Source of the DNA: an uncultured Acidobacteriaceae bacterium | GTDB taxonomy: Bacteria; Acidobacteriota; Terriglobia; Terriglobales; Acidobacteriaceae | DNA: 64,000 bases | Reading direction: 5' to 3' | Assembly: GCA_963699875.1 (NCBI GenBank) | Contig: CAVOVN010000011.1 | Span: 6,744 to 70,743 of the forward strand | Shown here: positions 1 through 10,594 of the stretch, one piece after another | How positions within the stretch are numbered: position 1 is the first letter of the stretch | Layout of the letters: the number at the start of each line of letters is the position of its first letter | Position numbers and translations under genes: made by a program | Notes under the pieces: model-generated | What the model saw: only the letters and a program-made list of their open reading frames with translations | The model's database searches: none | What the model was told of the DNA's origin: nothing

Positions 1-361
1 CAATCATGGCCAGTGCGACACGCAAAATCTTGTCTTTTACTCGCGAGTAGGTTTCGCCAACCGTGAGCGCCCGACCGAGATAAACCGACGACACTGCTGT
101 CACTGTCGCGGCCTGTGCGGCGGCAACCGACACCAGGTAGCAAAGCACCGCTGCCAACGCACCGATGACCACGCCGACGGCAGCACTGACATGACCCTTC
201 AGTGCCGAAATTTGTAGCACTCCGAAAATAATGCGAACAATGAAGAGTGGCAGATAGGCTACGGCCGCGATTCCTACAAAAAGGCCGAAATTGTTTCGAT
301 AAAGATGGAAAGTGCGGTCGAGTAGCTCTCCCAGGCTGAGAGGACGAAGGGCGATTGTCAT
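1..361 (-). CDS. hypothetical multi-pass membrane protein, N-terminal part only (gene runs off the window start)
   Basis: ATG at 361-359 with AAGAGG about 9 nt upstream. Own translation MTIALRPLSLGELLDRTFHLYRNNFGLFVGIAAVAYLPLFIV... shows consecutive hydrophobic helices. It is missing from the ORF track because no stop lies inside the window. Confidence 0.5.
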   Translation of the reverse strand, partial: MTIALRPLSLGELLDRTFHLYRNNFGLFVGIAAVAYLPLFIVRIIFGVLQISALKGHVSAAVGVVIGALAAVLCYLVSVAAAQAATVTAVSSVYLGRALTVGETYSRVKDKILRVALAMI

Positions 362-524
362 TAGACAGGCCTCTTGTGAGCTATGTATGCGTGGCTGTCG
401 CGCATATTAGCACAGGCGTGGCTTCCGAGGGCATACAACTTATTCGGCAGCAGGCGATTAGGCCACCAAGAACGACAGCAGAGCTATCTCTCTAACCTGG
501 AGCATGTAACAGCCAGATGTAGGT

Positions 525-1499
525 TCATTTTGGCGGGACTGTGATGGTCACTGAATCGGGCTGTGTCCAGATTTCTTTGCCGTCCTTGATCTCGACCCGA
601 TTCATCGTCACCTTCATTTTCTCGGCTGACACTTCGGCCAACAAGTAGTGGTAGTTCACGCCCGTGCCCTGGAACAGGTCACCTGGGTTGCGCTCAATAA
701 GGTAGGGGTGCGCTCCTCCTCCACCGGTGACGAAGTAAGTTACTCCGCCATGCTGGTGCCGCTCGTAGTTGTGGACGTGGCCAGCGAAGACTACGAAACG
801 CGCACGCATATGCGCCTGCCGCTCTTCAAGGAGGCTGGCGAGGTCCTTCTCCATGGAACGCGCCGAGTGGCCTCCGCCGTTCTCCGCATCGGAGGAACTG
901 GTGTACGGAGGATGATGAAGCACTACGAGAACGAAAGCCACATCACTCGGCAGGCTGTCGATCTGGCGTTTGAACCACTCGCCTTGACCGCCCGCGGTCT
1001 CACCGAGGCTGCTGTCCAGCACCAGCATCAGGCAATTCGCAATGCGGGCTGAGTAATACCTGCTGCCGTTGAGCTCGGGAAACCGTTTGAAGTAGTTTGC
1101 CAGCGCCGTGGTTTGGTTGCCGTGCAAATCGTGGTTTCCGAGGGCAGGGTACACCGTCAGATTCTCGTCTCTCCAAGCCCGCGTTTCCGCGTCCCAAACG
1201 CCCCAATCGGCGGAGTCATCGCCGCGGTAAACGATGTCGCCTCCGATGGAGATGAAGGAGGGCTTCTCCCTGGCAATCGCCCGTACGATCGCCTGCCGGA
1301 TCGCGGTGTTCGCAACTTCAGTACTCGTGGAGTGCGTGAATCGGGTATCGCCAAACGCGGCGAAGCGGAAAGGAACTGAGGCTTGCTGCCGGAGATCGAC
1401 TGCGGGGCCCTGATTGCCGGCTTGATGCGCTCGCGTGGCAACAAAAGACGTGGCGATCAGCAGAATCGCCAGGAACGGCAAAAGCTTGCGCCACGTCAT
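525..1499 (-). CDS. secreted metallophosphoesterase (calcineurin-like phosphoesterase)
   Basis: Motifs GDTRF, GGDIVY, GNHD, VLHHPP and GHVH in canonical order. Signal-peptide-like N-terminus from the Met at 1499; the longest ORF extends to 1535. Confidence 0.85.
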   Translation of the reverse strand: MTWRKLLPFLAILLIATSFVATRAHQAGNQGPAVDLRQQASVPFRFAAFGDTRFTHSTSTEVANTAIRQAIVRAIAREKPSFISIGGDIVYRGDDSADWGVWDAETRAWRDENLTVYPALGNHDLHGNQTTALANYFKRFPELNGSRYYSARIANCLMLVLDSSLGETAGGQGEWFKRQIDSLPSDVAFVLVVLHHPPYTSSSDAENGGGHSARSMEKDLASLLEERQAHMRARFVVFAGHVHNYERHQHGGVTYFVTGGGGAHPYLIERNPGDLFQGTGVNYHYLLAEVSAEKMKVTMNRVEIKDGKEIWTQPDSVTITVPPK

Positions 1500-1625
1500 T
1501 CGCGATTCAGTCGGATTCGGATTGGTGCCCCACACGCGCTTCTGTTCCAGCGTACAAAGTCGCAGTGATGGTGTAAAGCTGAGGATGATTGGGTCTCAGG
1601 TTCGATGGTAAGCACGCCGGCTGAA

Positions 1626-2693
1626 CTACTGATGCTCCATGGAGCTTCGCGCCAGCTTCAGATAAGCCTGCCCGATTGACTTGGTTGCTTCATGGAAACG
1701 GTCAGGGTCCTTCTTGATAGTTCGCCGGTATTCCTCGGATTGCGGCTGGTTGCCATGTGCAAGCCCCAGAATGTTAGCGTCGTACACAGCGAGAGCCACC
1801 ACAAATTCGCGCTCGTGCTTCTTCTGGCTGGAATATGGCACGTTAATCAAGGAAACCTCCTTGCCACGAATCCAGAAGAGCTTGGAATCCAGTGTCACGA
1901 GGTTGTACTCTGCTCCAGTCAAACCCGGCCAGAACGCGTGGCGAATTTCGGCGAGCCAACGTTTGGCCGGAGGCTGCGTGCAGTAGCACGCGGTGCCGGG
2001 CTTACTGCGTTCTTTCAACTCGACAATGCGGCGCGGGCCGCCCTTTGGTTGCACGAGTACCCAGATTCGAAGCTGGTCGATGCTCCCGCCCCGGCTTTCG
2101 ATGCGCCTCGCGATTGCGATTACTTCCTGTGAAGAGAACAGTCTTCTTATGTCGGCGAGCTTGGGGTTTCCGTGCTCGACATAGAGTTCAATCTCGCCTT
2201 TCTTCAACTTGAACCCGGCATCGGTGGACTTCTGAGCAGCGTACTTCGCGGCCATCTCGTCGTACTGGGACACGCTCATGGCCAGGCACTCCTGCACGCG
2301 CCGCGGTGCCGTGGCTCTCTTTCCAGCGAGCCCTGCGAGATACGCGTCCTGCAGCATGCGCCGCGTGGTTTCCGTGGTCAATGACTTCACGGCGATGACA
2401 TAGCGCAGGTAATCGAGCACGAAGGGCCCGTGTCCAGAGTCGTCGAAGTCGACGTTCACAAACCGCATCTCGCGGCGACCTTCTATCGTCGTGACCGGAA
2501 GGGGAGCGAAGTTGCCCATGTGCGGATCGCCGGCAATCGCTCCTTCAAAGGGAAGGTACCGTCGTAGCGGCTTCAAGTCCGCGCTGTCTTTCATGTAGCG
2601 CCAGTAGTCCGGCGCATTGCTGCGGATCAGCTGCGACAGATTCCTGGAATCGGCAACCTGGTCGAATGCGGGTTGTGCAGCGGCGGCATTCAT
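1626..2693 (-). CDS. DUF2252-like protein (kinase-like fold family)
   Basis: 355 aa ORF with a GDPHMGNF motif, which I recall as the DUF2252 signature. No function assigned. Confidence 0.55.
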   Translation of the reverse strand: MNAAAAQPAFDQVADSRNLSQLIRSNAPDYWRYMKDSADLKPLRRYLPFEGAIAGDPHMGNFAPLPVTTIEGRREMRFVNVDFDDSGHGPFVLDYLRYVIAVKSLTTETTRRMLQDAYLAGLAGKRATAPRRVQECLAMSVSQYDEMAAKYAAQKSTDAGFKLKKGEIELYVEHGNPKLADIRRLFSSQEVIAIARRIESRGGSIDQLRIWVLVQPKGGPRRIVELKERSKPGTACYCTQPPAKRWLAEIRHAFWPGLTGAEYNLVTLDSKLFWIRGKEVSLINVPYSSQKKHEREFVVALAVYDANILGLAHGNQPQSEEYRRTIKKDPDRFHEATKSIGQAYLKLARSSMEHQ

Positions 2694-2782
2694 CTTTGAC
2701 TCCAGTAATCCATCGCAGAGTACGAACTTTACAGAGGCACCACGCCACGTGCGCGGTGCCGCTGGTCGGCCACAGCGAATAC

Positions 2783-4225
2783 TTAATTCGGATGGGCCGT
2801 ACAGTAATTCGGAACGGTGGAAAGTCCGGCCGGGTTATCGATCACCGTCAGGTCCGCCGGCTGATTGTGCCAACGGCAACGCGCACCAGCCAGGTCTTCT
2901 CTCTTCTGCTTGAATACGGTCACCCACTGCTGAATGACTTGGTCTTCCGACTGCCCCTGCTTGAAGGTTCCATCGCTGTTGTGGTGCTCGGGCATCTCGG
3001 CGACCCTTCCCGCTTTGAAGAGGTCTGAGATTTGTTTGTCCGTCAATTGACACATCAAGCCAGCAACCATGCGACGGCCTTCTTCGCTGATAACCGGGTT
3101 CTCAAGTCCATCTTTTGCGGTCAAGCTCTTGTGTAGTTCGGCCTGGCACTCCTGCGGCTGTTTCGACCCGGCAGGCGCACCACCCTTAGCCCATACCTTC
3201 TTGTTTGACCAGTCTTGAAGATTCACCTTCGCGGTCGAGTTGCTGGTGAATATGCCGCCGCCGCCGAATGTTGCCCCGACGTCTTGTACCACCAGCTTCG
3301 ATTCCTCACACGTAGTGGTAAACGGTTGAGTACTGGAGTCGACCTTAACGCCGTTGCAGACCAGGCGCTGCTGGGGAGGCTTGTTGTCGCTGTGGCTGAT
3401 GAAAGCCGCCATCAGTTTGAGCCCGTCCTTCTCGTAGCTGGGGCGGCCACTAAGTTCCTGGAATTCTTTCCAGCTCCAGCCTTCGTCTTCATTACCCATC
3501 ACATACATTTTGTGACCGTCGTATTTTCGTACGATCGACGACTGAGGATAGCTCCGGTCGCCCGGCGCACCATTGCCCGACTCAGGATCGGACGGGCAGT
3601 TCGTACAATCAACGCGGATCGGGAACCATGCGTCGGTGTAGAAACCCATCGCCCACAGCAGCCGGCTGGAGATGATTTCGGCATAGACCTCACGGTTATC
3701 GGCGCCGAACTTCACTTTGACCGGTTCTTCCTTGGTGTCGTCGGTCACGGTTTGGACCGCTCCATCTGTGCTCTCGACCTTGACTATCTTGCACAGGAAC
3801 TTGGGAGTGTTGCCGCCCATCTTCGCGCCGGGCTCGACAAATTCGCAGGTCACCTTATCGTTGTAGTGGAATTGTACGAGCTTCTTTTTCTGCGCAGGAC
3901 CAGCCATTATGTCGACGGAGGCCACATCCTGCGCCTTGAAAATCGAGGCGTTCTTGATGGCAGTCTGCCTGTCCTTGGCAGAGTAGAACTCCTCCTTCGG
4001 AGTGTCGCTCGACTGGGGCGTAGTGGTTTGCGACCAGCTTCTTGCGGAGAAGACCACGCCGCCGAGCAGCACCGCGACCACGGCAGCACGTGACAAAGGA
4101 CCAAGCCTTGGCGAGCTTTTTGTCATTCCATCCCGGACAGCACTGGGCCGATTGCGCAGAGACCTCGCGGCCGTCCAGACCTTTTCAGGAACGGAAGAAT
4201 GGACGTTCGATCGATAGCGGTTCAT
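2783..4225 (-). CDS. hypothetical secreted protein with atypical kinase-like motifs
   Basis: 490 aa ORF. A hydrophobic signal-like segment (AAVVAVLLGGVVFSA) follows the Met at 4126. AAAGGA lies 7 nt upstream of the Met at 4225. Start is uncertain (4255, 4225 or 4126). Confidence 0.6.
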   Translation of the reverse strand: MNRYRSNVHSSVPEKVWTAARSLRNRPSAVRDGMTKSSPRLGPLSRAAVVAVLLGGVVFSARSWSQTTTPQSSDTPKEEFYSAKDRQTAIKNASIFKAQDVASVDIMAGPAQKKKLVQFHYNDKVTCEFVEPGAKMGGNTPKFLCKIVKVESTDGAVQTVTDDTKEEPVKVKFGADNREVYAEIISSRLLWAMGFYTDAWFPIRVDCTNCPSDPESGNGAPGDRSYPQSSIVRKYDGHKMYVMGNEDEGWSWKEFQELSGRPSYEKDGLKLMAAFISHSDNKPPQQRLVCNGVKVDSSTQPFTTTCEESKLVVQDVGATFGGGGIFTSNSTAKVNLQDWSNKKVWAKGGAPAGSKQPQECQAELHKSLTAKDGLENPVISEEGRRMVAGLMCQLTDKQISDLFKAGRVAEMPEHHNSDGTFKQGQSEDQVIQQWVTVFKQKREDLAGARCRWHNQPADLTVIDNPAGLSTVPNYCTAHPN

Positions 4226-4724
4226 AGCGATCCTTTCTCGAAGAGCAGGTTGCATTCATAAGTTGAAGCAAACCTGTATCCAAACGGACGCGACGGCCAA
4301 GCTAGGCACCCCCTCACGTCCACTCTTTAGAATCTGTGCCAAGCATTGTACGCGCCATTTGCAACCGAACTGTCACTTTCTAGTAACTTGGCGGACACGG
4401 CTCGGCTTGAGGGATGAGCGAAATGATTAGCGGCGAAAGCTCATGGCAGCAGGAAAACACCCGATTGACGACTATCCGTATCGATAGCCACTATCCACTC
4501 CGCACCAGATAGCGCAAGTCCACCCGTGTCTAACTCACACCGAGACCTGGTTCCATGTATCAGGGAATTGGTGCTGCGAAGTCGGTTCGAAGGAAGCTGG
4601 TGATTGCGATTGGGAGGGATGAGACTGACGGAAGAGTTATGGGTGGTGAGATCTAAGCCCAGGTTTTGTGAGACTACTCAGGCGACCGAAATGGGCCGCC
4701 TGGAGCCAATCGCGGTTTCATGTT

Positions 4725-5111
4725 CTAGTTGGCGGGTACGAGTATAGGAGCGCCTTTGTCTTTCACTAAGAACACGATGAATTTTGCCGGTTGCGTTTTG
4801 CTTGCGTTCCGCCCAACCACGTGGACATCATCGGGACCTTCATAGAAAGTCTGTCCGGGTGTCAGAGTCACTTCCTTTCCGCCTCTGACCTGCATCACGA
4901 TCGATCCCTCCAACACATAAACAAATGCATGGGCGTAGTGGCGATGAACGGGGTCTGAGCTGCCCGGCGGATATTCCACCGTGATCATCACACCTTCTTT
5001 GCCGGCACAGTTTGTCAAGTCCTTCGACATGAGCTGCGTCACCTTGGCTTCCTGGGCCATCAGGGAGCCCGTCATGAGACATGCCAAAAACAACATTGAT
5101 GCAAACTGCAT
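4725..5111 (-). CDS. secreted cupin domain protein
   Basis: Signal peptide MQFASMLFLACLMTGSLMAQE followed by a single cupin barrel (HRHYAHAFVYVLEG...). Confidence 0.8.
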   Translation of the reverse strand: MQFASMLFLACLMTGSLMAQEAKVTQLMSKDLTNCAGKEGVMITVEYPPGSSDPVHRHYAHAFVYVLEGSIVMQVRGGKEVTLTPGQTFYEGPDDVHVVGRNASKTQPAKFIVFLVKDKGAPILVPAN

Positions 5112-5279
5112 AGTTAACCTTTCGCTTGACTAACAAACTTTCAAATGGGGCGTGCAGCTTCGCCGGCACGACGCAACCGGGCCTATTGCTACTCGAGTTC
5201 TTCTCCGGCGACGCGACCAATTCCTCAATGCGGTCGCCGTCGTGCCGGCTGCCGCCCACCAGTAACGTACACGCTGATA

Positions 5280-6104
5280 TCAGCTAGCTTTTCCCTGACT
5301 CGCTTTCTCTGCGGTCACCTTTTCACCTTTGGGCTGAGGATGCGCACTGGGAACCTGTGCTGCGGGTTGAGTCAGCCAGGCTTCGAACCGGGTCCCGCCG
5401 AGTCGTGCGTCATTACCCGGAACCAGTGTTCTCTCGCTGAGTTTCGCTCCGGCGTACAGCGCATTTGGATCGGCGACGACTTCGCGGGGATCTTTGAGCG
5501 AGGCCAGGCGCCGCCGGACGAGTTCGTCCACGCGAAACTGTTCGGGCCCTCCAATTTCGACGATGCCGTTTACCGGTCCGGCGACTGCGATCTTGCCTAC
5601 CGCACTTGCGACATCGTCGGCGGCCATCGGCTGGAAAAGGACATGTGGCAAATGCACCTTGTCGCCGACCATGGAAATGTCGGCAAGACCCTTGAGGAAC
5701 TCGAAGAACTGGGTCGCGTGGACGATGGTGTAGGGGATTGAGGATTCTGTAATCAGTTTTTCCTGAGCGATCTTGGCGCGGAAGTAACCGCTTTCGGACA
5801 ACCGCTGGGTCCCGACGACTGATAAGGCGACGTGATGTCCTACGCCTGCGGTCGCTTCATAGTCAAGCTGGTTGCGAGTTGATGTCTCAAAGAACTTGAG
5901 CACGGCTGCGTCGTCCCAGGAGGGAGAGTTTGATACGTCAACGACTACCGAGGCACCTTTCAGGGCGTCGGCCAGCCCTTCGCCCGTGAGAGTGTTGACG
6001 CCGGTGTTGGGTGCTGCCGCTATTGCTTCATGCCCGTGTTCACTGAGCTTGTTGACGAGTTTTGATCCGATGAGTCCAGTGCCACCGATCACTACGATTT
6101 TCAT
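5280..6104 (-). CDS. NAD(P)-binding SDR family oxidoreductase (NmrA-like)
   Basis: N-terminal Rossmann motif MKIVVIGGTGLIGSKLV. Length and pattern fit atypical SDRs. Confidence 0.85.
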   Translation of the reverse strand: MKIVVIGGTGLIGSKLVNKLSEHGHEAIAAAPNTGVNTLTGEGLADALKGASVVVDVSNSPSWDDAAVLKFFETSTRNQLDYEATAGVGHHVALSVVGTQRLSESGYFRAKIAQEKLITESSIPYTIVHATQFFEFLKGLADISMVGDKVHLPHVLFQPMAADDVASAVGKIAVAGPVNGIVEIGGPEQFRVDELVRRRLASLKDPREVVADPNALYAGAKLSERTLVPGNDARLGGTRFEAWLTQPAAQVPSAHPQPKGEKVTAEKASQGKAS

Positions 6105-6370
6105 ACTCTTCTCCTCATTCTTGAATGTTGTTGAGCGGTATTCTCGTCGGCCGAAGGAATCTATTAGACAAAGGTATCGTCCGATACCTTCGCATGGACG
6201 CCGAACAACTTCTGATCATCGTCGACTCAGGATTCCAGAACCTACGTTTTGGAGTGGCGCACAAGTACCCAAGAACCAATGATGCTTTGGAAAATTCTAG
6301 AACCATATTCCGCGAGGAATCAACAACGGAACGATTGCAAGCTCAACACGAGTGTTGTGTGAATGGAGGG

Positions 6371-6985
6371 TTACAGCGAGCGCGAATCGGGTCCCATCGC
6401 CGGACGCTGTGACATGACCAGGCTTTTTTCGATACGCCGATCTGGAATCAGCCATATCATGGCGGCGATCACAAGAATTGCCTGGGCGATCCAGGGGGAA
6501 ACGAGCGTAGCAGCGATGGCCACGACGTACAGCGACGACGATACCTTGCCCTTCCAATCGCGTCGGACCGCTTTCTTCAAGATTGAGTCCGGCCCTTGCG
6601 CGCGTATGATCGTCTGCTGGAGCAGCAGGTAGGCGATCGCAGCCATAAACAACACCACTCCGTAGAGTGCGGTAGGCAACGCGGCGAAATGGTTCTCCCC
6701 CATCCATCCTGCGGTGAAAGGAAATAACGAAAGCCAGAACAACAGGTGCAGATTGGCCCAGAGCATTGCCCCCGTTACCGTCTTGCAGGCATGCAGCATG
6801 TGATGGTGGTTGTTCCAGTAAATGCCGACATAAATGAAACTCAGGACGTAGCTGAGAAACACCGGCAGCAGCGGCCTCAAATCTCTGAGGGCGGCGCCAT
6901 GCGGCACCTTCATCTCCAGCACCATGATCGTGATGATGATCGCGATCACGCCGTCGCTGAAAGCTTCCATTCGACCGGTTGTCAT
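6371..6985 (-). CDS. TMEM175/DUF1211 family potassium channel
   Basis: RMEAFSDGVIAIIITIMVLE matches the RxxxFSD first-helix signature. About six predicted TM helices. Confidence 0.85.
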   Translation of the reverse strand: MTTGRMEAFSDGVIAIIITIMVLEMKVPHGAALRDLRPLLPVFLSYVLSFIYVGIYWNNHHHMLHACKTVTGAMLWANLHLLFWLSLFPFTAGWMGENHFAALPTALYGVVLFMAAIAYLLLQQTIIRAQGPDSILKKAVRRDWKGKVSSSLYVVAIAATLVSPWIAQAILVIAAMIWLIPDRRIEKSLVMSQRPAMGPDSRSL

Positions 6986-7052
6986 TTAGTCCCCGTTGTC
7001 CCTCTGGTGAGCTGAAACGCGAGCTGCTACGACCGTTGCGCGGTCCTCTAAG

Positions 7053-7718
7053 TTATAGCGCTCTGCGACCTGACGCAAGAATCCAGTTTTTTCCTGACCT
7101 GTGCTGAGTGGCGACCTCGGTGAACCCTGCCTCGATCAGCAGATTGCGGTGTTCCTCGTCACTCAGGTATGCAGCTCGAAGCAGCGGCATGACCACTCCA
7201 TAGAGCAGGCGAAATGGGCCGCCACGGTACGTTTCCGCGATCAGGACGAATCTTCCACCGGGTTTGAGGACACGTAAGACCTCGCGCACATTCGCCGGCA
7301 GGTCAGGCCAGTAGTAATGCGTTTCCACGGCGGTGACAATGTCAAAGGTGTGATCCGGAAACGGCAATGCGGCCACCGAGCCCTGTTCAATCTGGACTCG
7401 GCCGGCCGCGATCTCCTGGGCGTTGGTGTTGCGCGAAACCTCGACGCTGGTGGGTGAGTAGTCGAGGCCAAACACCTTGCCCTCGGGCGCCAGCGCCGCG
7501 AGCTTCTGTATAGTCCGCCCGCCACCGCAACCGATATCGAGAATCGTGGCATCTGCTGGAATCGTGACCTGGACCAGCGCCCAATCGGTCATGGCGCTGT
7601 GGGTGATATTCATCGCCCTCACGGCGCGCCTGCCCAGCGGGCCGCTGGGCTTTCGAACCTGACGGAACAACCAGGCGATCAGAAGAACCGCCACTACCAC
7701 CCGAACTAAAAACAACAT
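7053..7718 (-). CDS. class I SAM-dependent methyltransferase with N-terminal TM helix
   Basis: Motif I LDIGCGGG. GGAGAG lies 9 nt upstream of the ATG at 7718; the longest ORF reaches 7751. Confidence 0.85.
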   Translation of the reverse strand: MLFLVRVVVAVLLIAWLFRQVRKPSGPLGRRAVRAMNITHSAMTDWALVQVTIPADATILDIGCGGGRTIQKLAALAPEGKVFGLDYSPTSVEVSRNTNAQEIAAGRVQIEQGSVAALPFPDHTFDIVTAVETHYYWPDLPANVREVLRVLKPGGRFVLIAETYRGGPFRLLYGVVMPLLRAAYLSDEEHRNLLIEAGFTEVATQHRSGKNWILASGRRAL

Positions 7719-7898
7719 GCAACGTCTCTCCGCGAAATGAATTCGCCACAACTAGCGGTCGCAGGATGACACTTGATTTCGTCGCCTTCATGACGAGCCG
7801 CCGATCGCCACAAAACAATTTACAATCACCGCACCTTGCGACGGCGATTCTTGACCACCGAGAAGACCGACTCCGCGCGACTTCCTTCAGGGTGAGCG

Positions 7899-9506
7899 AT
7901 GAACCAAATCGAGACCGTCGAGTTCGTATTTCTCCTTTTGCTGTTCTTCATCGTGGTCTTTGGGATATTGGCGCGCAAGTTGCGGATCGCGTATCCGATT
8001 GTCATGGTGCTCGGTGGCTTAGCGCTCAGTTTCATCCCCGCAATTCCGCCCATCAGCCTGAGTCCTGATCTGGTTTTTCTGGTGGTACTGCCTCCCCTGT
8101 TGTACTCGTCCGCCTGGACCACCTCGTGGCGCGACTTCCGGTACAACATCGTCAGCATCTCGTTCCTTGCCTTTGGCCTGGTGGCCTTCACTGTTATCGG
8201 CGTGGCCCTGGCAGCGCCACACGTCTTCCATGGCATCGATTGGCGGGTCGGCCTGGTGCTGGGATCCATTGTTGCTCCGACCGACGCGATTGCTGCCTCT
8301 TCGATCGCACAGCGGATCGGGCTTCCCGGCCGCATCGTTGACATCCTCGAAGGGGAAAGCCTGGTCAATGACGCAAGCGGCCTTCTAGCGTTGGAATTCG
8401 CAATCGGAATTCTCGTCCACCAACGCATACCGACCTTCTCCAGCGGCATGTTGACCTTCGTCTGGCTTACGGCTGGCGGCATCGCCATCGGATTGGCTGT
8501 GGGATGGGTCGTAAATCGCTTCGAGCGCTGGATCAATGATGGTCCCATCGAAGTCGCCATCAGTATCCTGGTGCCCTTTGTAGCCTACCTTGCTGCGCAA
8601 TCCGTGCACGCCTCAGGAGTACTGGCGGTCGTGAGCTGCGGTTTGTTTCTGTCGCGGCGTAGCGCCAGTTTTTTCTCGCCGTTGGTCCGCATCGGCGCCT
8701 GGTCAGTCTGGGAATCCCTGACTTTCATCCTGAACGGGCTGGTATTCGTTCTGATCGGCCTGCAATTTCAATCTATGCGGGCATCGATTCGCGGCTACGG
8801 AGTTCGGACCATCGTTATTTATGGCTCGATCTTCAGTCTCATGCTTATCGTGCTGCGGCTGGCATGGGTCTTTCCGGGTGCAGGCCTCTCCTACTGGATT
8901 CGCAGGCGATTCCTGCATCAGCCTGAGGCTGCGCCGAATACCCGGTACAAGTTTGTTGTTGGATGGACGGGCATGCGCGGCGTCGTCTCACTTGCGGCAG
9001 CGCTGGCTCTTCCCACAGTCTTGGCCGACGGTTCGCCCTTTCCCCATCGCGACTTGATTATCTGCCTGACCTTTTGCGTGATTCTGGTCACGCTAGTACT
9101 GCAAGGGCTGACGTTGCCGCCGCTGATCCGTTTTCTCGGCCTTGCCGGCGCCGCGGGACCCGACTGCGAAGAGTTGGAAGCACGGCGCATCGTGACGGAG
9201 GCTGCGGTCTCGCACCTTGAAGGCGCCAGAGCTCGCGATACAGACACGACCGGCGACGCTTATGAAGACCTTGTCAATCACTATCGCCAGCGACTGAGGA
9301 GCATCGGAGTGAGTGCGGACCCAGGAGACGTGAGCAGCTACGCTCGATATGTCGAAATTTCGCTGGAGACCTTGCGCGTGGAACGCGAGACGGCGATTCA
9401 ACTGCGCAACGAAGGCCGCATCAACGACACCGTCTTACGTCGCCTTGAGCGAGAACTGGACCTGAGTGAATCGCGCCTGGTTGATAGCGATAGTTTTTCT
9501 GATTGA
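7899..9506 (+). CDS. Na+/H+ antiporter (CPA1/NhaP type) with cytoplasmic C-terminal domain
   Basis: 535 aa. About 12 TM helices followed by a soluble tail. Typical CPA1 sequence features (ESLVNDA, TGMRG). Confidence 0.85.
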   Translation: MNQIETVEFVFLLLLFFIVVFGILARKLRIAYPIVMVLGGLALSFIPAIPPISLSPDLVFLVVLPPLLYSSAWTTSWRDFRYNIVSISFLAFGLVAFTVIGVALAAPHVFHGIDWRVGLVLGSIVAPTDAIAASSIAQRIGLPGRIVDILEGESLVNDASGLLALEFAIGILVHQRIPTFSSGMLTFVWLTAGGIAIGLAVGWVVNRFERWINDGPIEVAISILVPFVAYLAAQSVHASGVLAVVSCGLFLSRRSASFFSPLVRIGAWSVWESLTFILNGLVFVLIGLQFQSMRASIRGYGVRTIVIYGSIFSLMLIVLRLAWVFPGAGLSYWIRRRFLHQPEAAPNTRYKFVVGWTGMRGVVSLAAALALPTVLADGSPFPHRDLIICLTFCVILVTLVLQGLTLPPLIRFLGLAGAAGPDCEELEARRIVTEAAVSHLEGARARDTDTTGDAYEDLVNHYRQRLRSIGVSADPGDVSSYARYVEISLETLRVERETAIQLRNEGRINDTVLRRLERELDLSESRLVDSDSFSD

Positions 9507-10463
9507 TCACGAGCTTCCAATCAGTATTCCTGTAGCGAAGACGAGAACGCCGCCCAGCACGACCTGGAACGCCGCCGACAAGATTGGCGTGTCCATGTAG
9601 CGATGACGGATGTAGCTGATCACGGCAAGCTCGATTGCGACGATGACCACGGCCAATCCGAAAGCAACTCGAAAGTCGGAGATAAGAAACGGCAGGGTGT
9701 GGCCGATGCCGCCCGCAGCCGTCATCAGGCCGGTAATGGAACCGCGCAACACAGGTCGCCCGCGTCCGGTAAGAGAGCCGTCGTCGGAGAGTGCTTCTGC
9801 GAACGCCATCGAGATACCAGCGCCGACCGAGGCCGCCAGCCCGACCAGGAAAGCGTCCCAGCTGCTCTTGGTCGCAAAGGCAGCCGCGAAGACGGGCGCC
9901 AGCGTCGAGACCGAACCGTCCATCAAGCCGGCTAGTCCGGGCTGCACAATCTGCAACATGAACAGACGCCGCTGAGCATCTTCTTCCTTCTGTCCGACCG
10001 CCGGGGTGATCTTCTCCTGCAATTGCTCGGCGACTGCGTAATGGCGGCGTTCGACCTCGGCGAGGTCGCCCAACAGTTTGCGGATTCCGATGTCGGTCAC
10101 CTGTTGTATGGCCCGCTCATAGAAGCGGCGGGTCTCATACTCCATCACTTCGACCTGCTTGCGCACGTCGGCGATTCGCAGAGGCCGCGCCAGCCATAGC
10201 GGACGCCGCTGTACAAAACCCTTGACGTCGTTGCGCCGGATCAACGGAATGTGCTCGCCGAAGCGGGACTGGTAAGTTTCCATCAGGCTGTTGCGATGCT
10301 CGGTCTCCTCCGCCCTCATTTCGTCGAAGAGCTTTGCCGTATCCGGATATTCGTCGCGGAGGCCATCTGCGTAGTCGGCATAGATGCGCGCGTCTTCTTC
10401 TTCCAGCGAAATCGCCAGCGCCAGAATCTCCCGTTCCGACAGGTCACGGAATTTCTTTGCCAA
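9507..10463 (-). CDS. mbfA: ferritin-like domain / VIT1-CCC1 fusion (MbfA-type iron exporter)
   Basis: N-terminal rubrerythrin/ferritin-like ExxH repeats (EEEDARIY, ETEHRN, AEVERRHY) and a C-terminal VIT1 membrane domain. Most likely start is the TTG at 10463, which has AAGGAGG upstream. The longer ORF to 10583 looks non-coding. Confidence 0.75.
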   Translation of the reverse strand: MAKKFRDLSEREILALAISLEEEDARIYADYADGLRDEYPDTAKLFDEMRAEETEHRNSLMETYQSRFGEHIPLIRRNDVKGFVQRRPLWLARPLRIADVRKQVEVMEYETRRFYERAIQQVTDIGIRKLLGDLAEVERRHYAVAEQLQEKITPAVGQKEEDAQRRLFMLQIVQPGLAGLMDGSVSTLAPVFAAAFATKSSWDAFLVGLAASVGAGISMAFAEALSDDGSLTGRGRPVLRGSITGLMTAAGGIGHTLPFLISDFRVAFGLAVVIVAIELAVISYIRHRYMDTPILSAAFQVVLGGVLVFATGILIGSS

Positions 10464-10594
10464 GTGCTCCTCCTTGCTCGGGGTAATGCTGCAACAAAGA
10501 ACAACAATGTAGCAACTTGAGAGATGTACGAAGTGTTGGGCGACGGTCGCGGCATTCTGGCAGCCGTTTATATGCGCTCCCATACAATCGAATC

